This document shows, in pieces, positions 60,848-64,000 of a DNA stretch of 64,000 nucleotides (positions within the stretch are counted from its first letter, which is position 1; every line of letters starts with the position of its first letter). The stretch is from Nitrospirota bacterium (GTDB lineage Bacteria; Nitrospirota; UBA9217), in the NCBI GenBank assembly GCA_963737155.1, contig CAVTRN010000001.1:1504001-1568000 (forward strand). The letters are read 5' to 3'. The notes under the pieces were generated by a model. That model was not told the origin of the DNA, did not search any database, and saw only the letters and a list, made by a program, of their open reading frames with translations. Both the position numbers and the translations under genes were made by a program.

Positions 60848-62572
60848 TTATTTTACACTCCCCGCTACCCACTTAAGTAAATCCCTAGACCATCTAAAAT
60901 AATATTCTGGCCCCTTCTTCGACGGATGGCGCTTTGATTTCAGTTTAACGTTTTTTTCACTGAATTCCTTAATCATTTTCTTTAAGTGAATACAGTTTAC
61001 ATATTTTTGCATTAAATCTTTAGCATGTTGCACTAAAATATTAATGTCATCACTCGATACCAATACATAAGTACCTGGACCATTGGGCAAGTTCCTATGG
61101 TCGACTTCTACAAGACAGACATTTCTCCCTTTGTAATTAAACGTTGCACATCTATAAAGCCGCATATCCCAATTGCAGTTTTTATAGCTTTCCCTCTGCG
61201 TTAACCTCTTTGTTTGTTTTTTCCCACGCCGTTCGGGAACATCCCTTTCTGGAAACATTTCCCAGCTCTGAACACCTTCAGCATCACTAAGATAATTCAT
61301 TAACTCGTTAAAATTCTCTAAACAGAAATATGCCTTTTGCTCATCACTATTTTCGGTTTTCCCCCTGCTCCTCTTCTCCACATTGGCTTTCCGCGCAAGC
61401 GTTTCATTCTCGGCGTTCGGGTCTTCAATGACGCTCATGGGAACATCACCTAATACTTCTTCCGCGGTACGGGCATCACCCTCAGCAGCCTTTTCATTAT
61501 CCACCTCGGGGATGATAACATGAGCAATTTTTATTTTTTTTAGGTTAGAGTTTCGTTCTTCTTTAAGGGAACCAATGATAACGGGTTGCAACTGTGAGGA
61601 AGGCGGTTTGTTCGTGACGAGGTCAATTGTCTTATACGTCCGCGTAGGACGAAGGACTTCAGTTGCTTTGGGAGCCTTTTTCCTCGCACTTCGTTGTATT
61701 TCTAAGTTATCGAAACTGAAGGAGCTGTCTTCCTTCAATATCTCGAAAACAATTATCTTATTCTTTTGTCTCGTCGTATCATCGAATTCTAACCCCCTCA
61801 CTTCCATGTTAATAACTTGCTGAACAGGAAAGTCAAATTTAAGGGGAACAAATTCATTATTTTCTCCTGAAGATATCGCTTCTGAGTGGCGTTGGAGCAT
61901 ACCAGCATATACGGCATTCCACCTCTTCAACGAAAATTTGTTAGTGGCAAATCGAACAATATAAGGAGCATCATATTCGTTGGCGTTCGATTTCAAGTGA
62001 ATAGTTGCTTTATGAGTTTCTAAATCGACTTTAGCATACTCATATAAGCCCTCAAGTCTCCCGAAGAAAAGCTGTCGCCGCATGGCGGATGAGGTGAAGT
62101 AATACCTCGCACCGAGGACTGCACAGGGGAATATGAGCATGCTTTTCTCATCTTCAAAAATGACACAGGGTTGTCTCTTGCAATATTTTGAATAATCAAC
62201 GTGCTTTTCTCCCCGACTGAAGGAATGACTAAGATTATACTCGTCGTCTGTCAGCACATCAGATACCGAGCAGATCCGGTTTTTGTCTGTTGATGTAAAA
62301 GTAACCGGGAAAACTTCTCCAAGGGGTTTAATATCATCTACAAAATTTGTATCTTGATAATGGAGGCCTATAGCGAAATAATCATGTAAAAATTCCGGAA
62401 AGATATCCTCCGTTAAATACATATTGCTATTAATGTCTTTAAAAAGGACCTTGTAAAAGTTCTTACCTGCGACCGTTGAAATATCCATGATCCAAAGGAG
62501 TCTAAAGACTCGGTCTGGATGTTTTGTACTCATCTTAGGGAGCTTTGTAGATTTGATTGATCTCTCGATCAT
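60848..62572 (-). CDS. TnsE-like Tn7 target-selection protein (tentative)
   Basis: 574 aa; LIFPCAVLGARYYF.SS central motif; charged linker; C-terminal FNYKGRNVCLVEVD...TYVL resembling TnsE_C; adjacent to a Tn7-like end. Confidence 0.55.
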   Translation of the reverse strand: MIERSIKSTKLPKMSTKHPDRVFRLLWIMDISTVAGKNFYKVLFKDINSNMYLTEDIFPEFLHDYFAIGLHYQDTNFVDDIKPLGEVFPVTFTSTDKNRICSVSDVLTDDEYNLSHSFSRGEKHVDYSKYCKRQPCVIFEDEKSMLIFPCAVLGARYYFTSSAMRRQLFFGRLEGLYEYAKVDLETHKATIHLKSNANEYDAPYIVRFATNKFSLKRWNAVYAGMLQRHSEAISSGENNEFVPLKFDFPVQQVINMEVRGLEFDDTTRQKNKIIVFEILKEDSSFSFDNLEIQRSARKKAPKATEVLRPTRTYKTIDLVTNKPPSSQLQPVIIGSLKEERNSNLKKIKIAHVIIPEVDNEKAAEGDARTAEEVLGDVPMSVIEDPNAENETLARKANVEKRSRGKTENSDEQKAYFCLENFNELMNYLSDAEGVQSWEMFPERDVPERRGKKQTKRLTQRESYKNCNWDMRLYRCATFNYKGRNVCLVEVDHRNLPNGPGTYVLVSSDDINILVQHAKDLMQKYVNCIHLKKMIKEFSEKNVKLKSKRHPSKKGPEYYFRWSRDLLKWVAGSVK

Positions 62573-62724
62573 GCCGTATAGAAGAGCAAAGGATCTCCTA
62601 ATGGATGAAACAATACTTTATGTATTGCGCGGGACACCTTTGACTGGGCTAGATTAGAGAAAAATGGCGATAAGAGAGCGAGAATGCTTATTTTGGGGGG
62701 ATTAAGCGGACTTGTTTCACGGGT

Positions 62725-62800
62725 ACCACTATTTGTTGTGTCTTTTATTGAGCCAGTTGCAATATATTTTGTGTAGTTGCAATAACTAATAGCTATGACA
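62725..62800 (-). mobile_element. Tn7-like transposon terminus
   Basis: Minus strand begins TGTCATAGC where DUF815 homology stops; two TATTGCAACT direct repeats 20 bp apart (62755-64, 62775-84); visible GC step. Confidence 0.6.
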
Positions 62801-63294
62801 CCGCCGTCCATGATCGTTTTCATTTCCTTGTAATCGACCTGTCCCTCTTCGAAGGACAGATCGTCAATGAAGAGAATGAACCGGTAAGGAGTGCTCCGTT
62901 CAAGAAGATCATACATCTCCTGAATCGTGAGAATATCGTGCTTGTAGACCTGGATCATCCGGAGTGATGAGTTGTAAAAAACCGTAAGCAGGGACTTTAT
63001 AAGCGACGATTTGCCTGTACCGCGCTCACCCCAGAGCATAACGTTGTTTGCCTTGTTGCCGTCGATGAAATTCTTCGTATTGTGGATGACTGCCTTTTTG
63101 ATCGAATCGATGCCGATCAGGTCGCCTGTATCGATCTGGACCGGCCGCCTGACCGGGTTCATGGATTTCCGCTTTCCGTCCCAGAGAAAGGCCTTATAGC
63201 CGTCAAAATACGGTGTTTCCGGTCCGCTGTCCACGTAACGATCAAGCAGTTTGTCAAGTTTGGTTAGAATTTGCCCGATGTCGGCTTTGTCCAT
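62801..63294 (-). pseudogene. Native DUF815 AAA+ ATPase, 5' half only
   Basis: MLWGERGTGKSS, DDLSFE, ends at KTIMDGG; YATSNRRH half missing. Confidence 0.88.
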
Positions 63295-63457
63295 GATCTG
63301 CACTATACTCCTGTGTGTCCACGGGCGACTTTGTTGCACTGTAAATCCAAAGCACCGTTCACCCACGGTTTAATGTTTTAAAAAAGCTCCGGATACTAAG
63401 CCTCGATCAAAAAAAGAGGGATAACCGTTTTTAGCCTTCTTTAAGATACTTTTGTTC

Positions 63458-64000
63458 TTATTTCGATTTCATCTTCACCGGCTCATAGGTGCAAAACGGT
63501 TCGGCCGCAAGATAGTCGCCAGAAATAGCATACGCCCGGGCGCGGCAGCCGCCGCAGACACGGCGGTACTCGCAGATTCCGCACTTACCGTGGTAGTGAT
63601 CAAGGTCGCGCATCTCCTTGAAAAGCTGCGAAGTGTTCCAGATCGTGGAAAAGGGTTCTTTTTTGATGTTGCCGGCCTCTTCCTCAAGGAACCCGCAAAT
63701 CTGCACCTTGCCGACGTGAGACACAAAAGCGAAACTCTGGCCGCCCATGCAGCCCTTGGTCATTGCATCGAGGCCATGAGATTCGGGCGTGACGATTTTC
63801 CCCTTTTCCTTCTCCCCCTGTCGGAAGATGCGGTAATAGTGGGGAGCGCAGGTAGGCTTGAACTGGATAGGGACTTTGTCCCGCATTTCATAGAACCACT
63901 TGAGCGTGCTCTCATACTCCGCTGGCGGGATTTCCTGGTCGATCAATTCCTTGCCACGGCCCGTGGGCACGAGCAGAAAGGGATGATACGCAACCGCGCC
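63458..64000 (-). CDS. ahbD: Radical SAM/SPASM protein, AhbD (heme b synthase)-like, 3' part
   Basis: FLLVPTGRG, PTCAPHYYR, GCMGG, CGICEYRRVCGGCRARA; frame open to the window edge. Confidence 0.75.
   Translation of the reverse strand, partial: GAVAYHPFLLVPTGRGKELIDQEIPPAEYESTLKWFYEMRDKVPIQFKPTCAPHYYRIFRQGEKEKGKIVTPESHGLDAMTKGCMGGQSFAFVSHVGKVQICGFLEEEAGNIKKEPFSTIWNTSQLFKEMRDLDHYHGKCGICEYRRVCGGCRARAYAISGDYLAAEPFCTYEPVKMKSK

Noticed and set aside
62569-62800. C-terminal extension of the DUF815 ORF (VIAISYCN...)
   Set aside because: Read-through into the putative transposon end, not homologous coding sequence.
1-64000. CRISPR array or cas genes
   Set aside because: No regularly spaced short repeats with unique spacers; the repeats seen are gene-scale or dispersed.

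Overview
A 64-kb accessory, mostly AT-rich region from a diderm bacterium (gene content suggests Nitrospirota or Desulfobacterota; inference). GC-richer housekeeping sequence resumes only after 62800. Left to right: (1) the 5' part of a geopeptide-type RiPP locus (radical SAM maturase, an unannotated 33-aa CC-containing precursor, and a TonB-dependent receptor split by an IS256 with an 8-bp TSD). (2) A ~21-kb locus of signal-peptide-bearing Rhs proteins. Rhs1 has a fused Cys-rich head. Rhs2 has no head but is preceded by three free-standing paralogues with a constant leader, variable core and constant tail that share a motif with the Rhs1 head. Orphan Rhs-CT cassettes follow, each behind the same ~300-bp spacer. 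(3) Uncharacterised membrane and lipoprotein genes, several behind a dispersed AAAACTAGGG-N3-CCC/-35 promoter module (7 copies). (4) A defence-type island: LEM-3/GIY-YIG nuclease, nucleotidyltransferase pair, a CapH/CapP-like-regulated Bub-type ubiquitination operon ending in a broken dCTP deaminase, a second deaminase, a NACHT protein and a tRNA-Leu att remnant. (5) IS200, a second IS256, an ISL3 element carrying an MNT-HEPN pair, and a TnsE-like gene beside a TGT-ended Tn7-like terminus that truncates the native DUF815 ATPase, while an intact DUF815 xenolog lies inside the island. (6) The 3' end of an ahbD-like radical SAM gene. All family calls come from motif recognition by eye; no searches were run.
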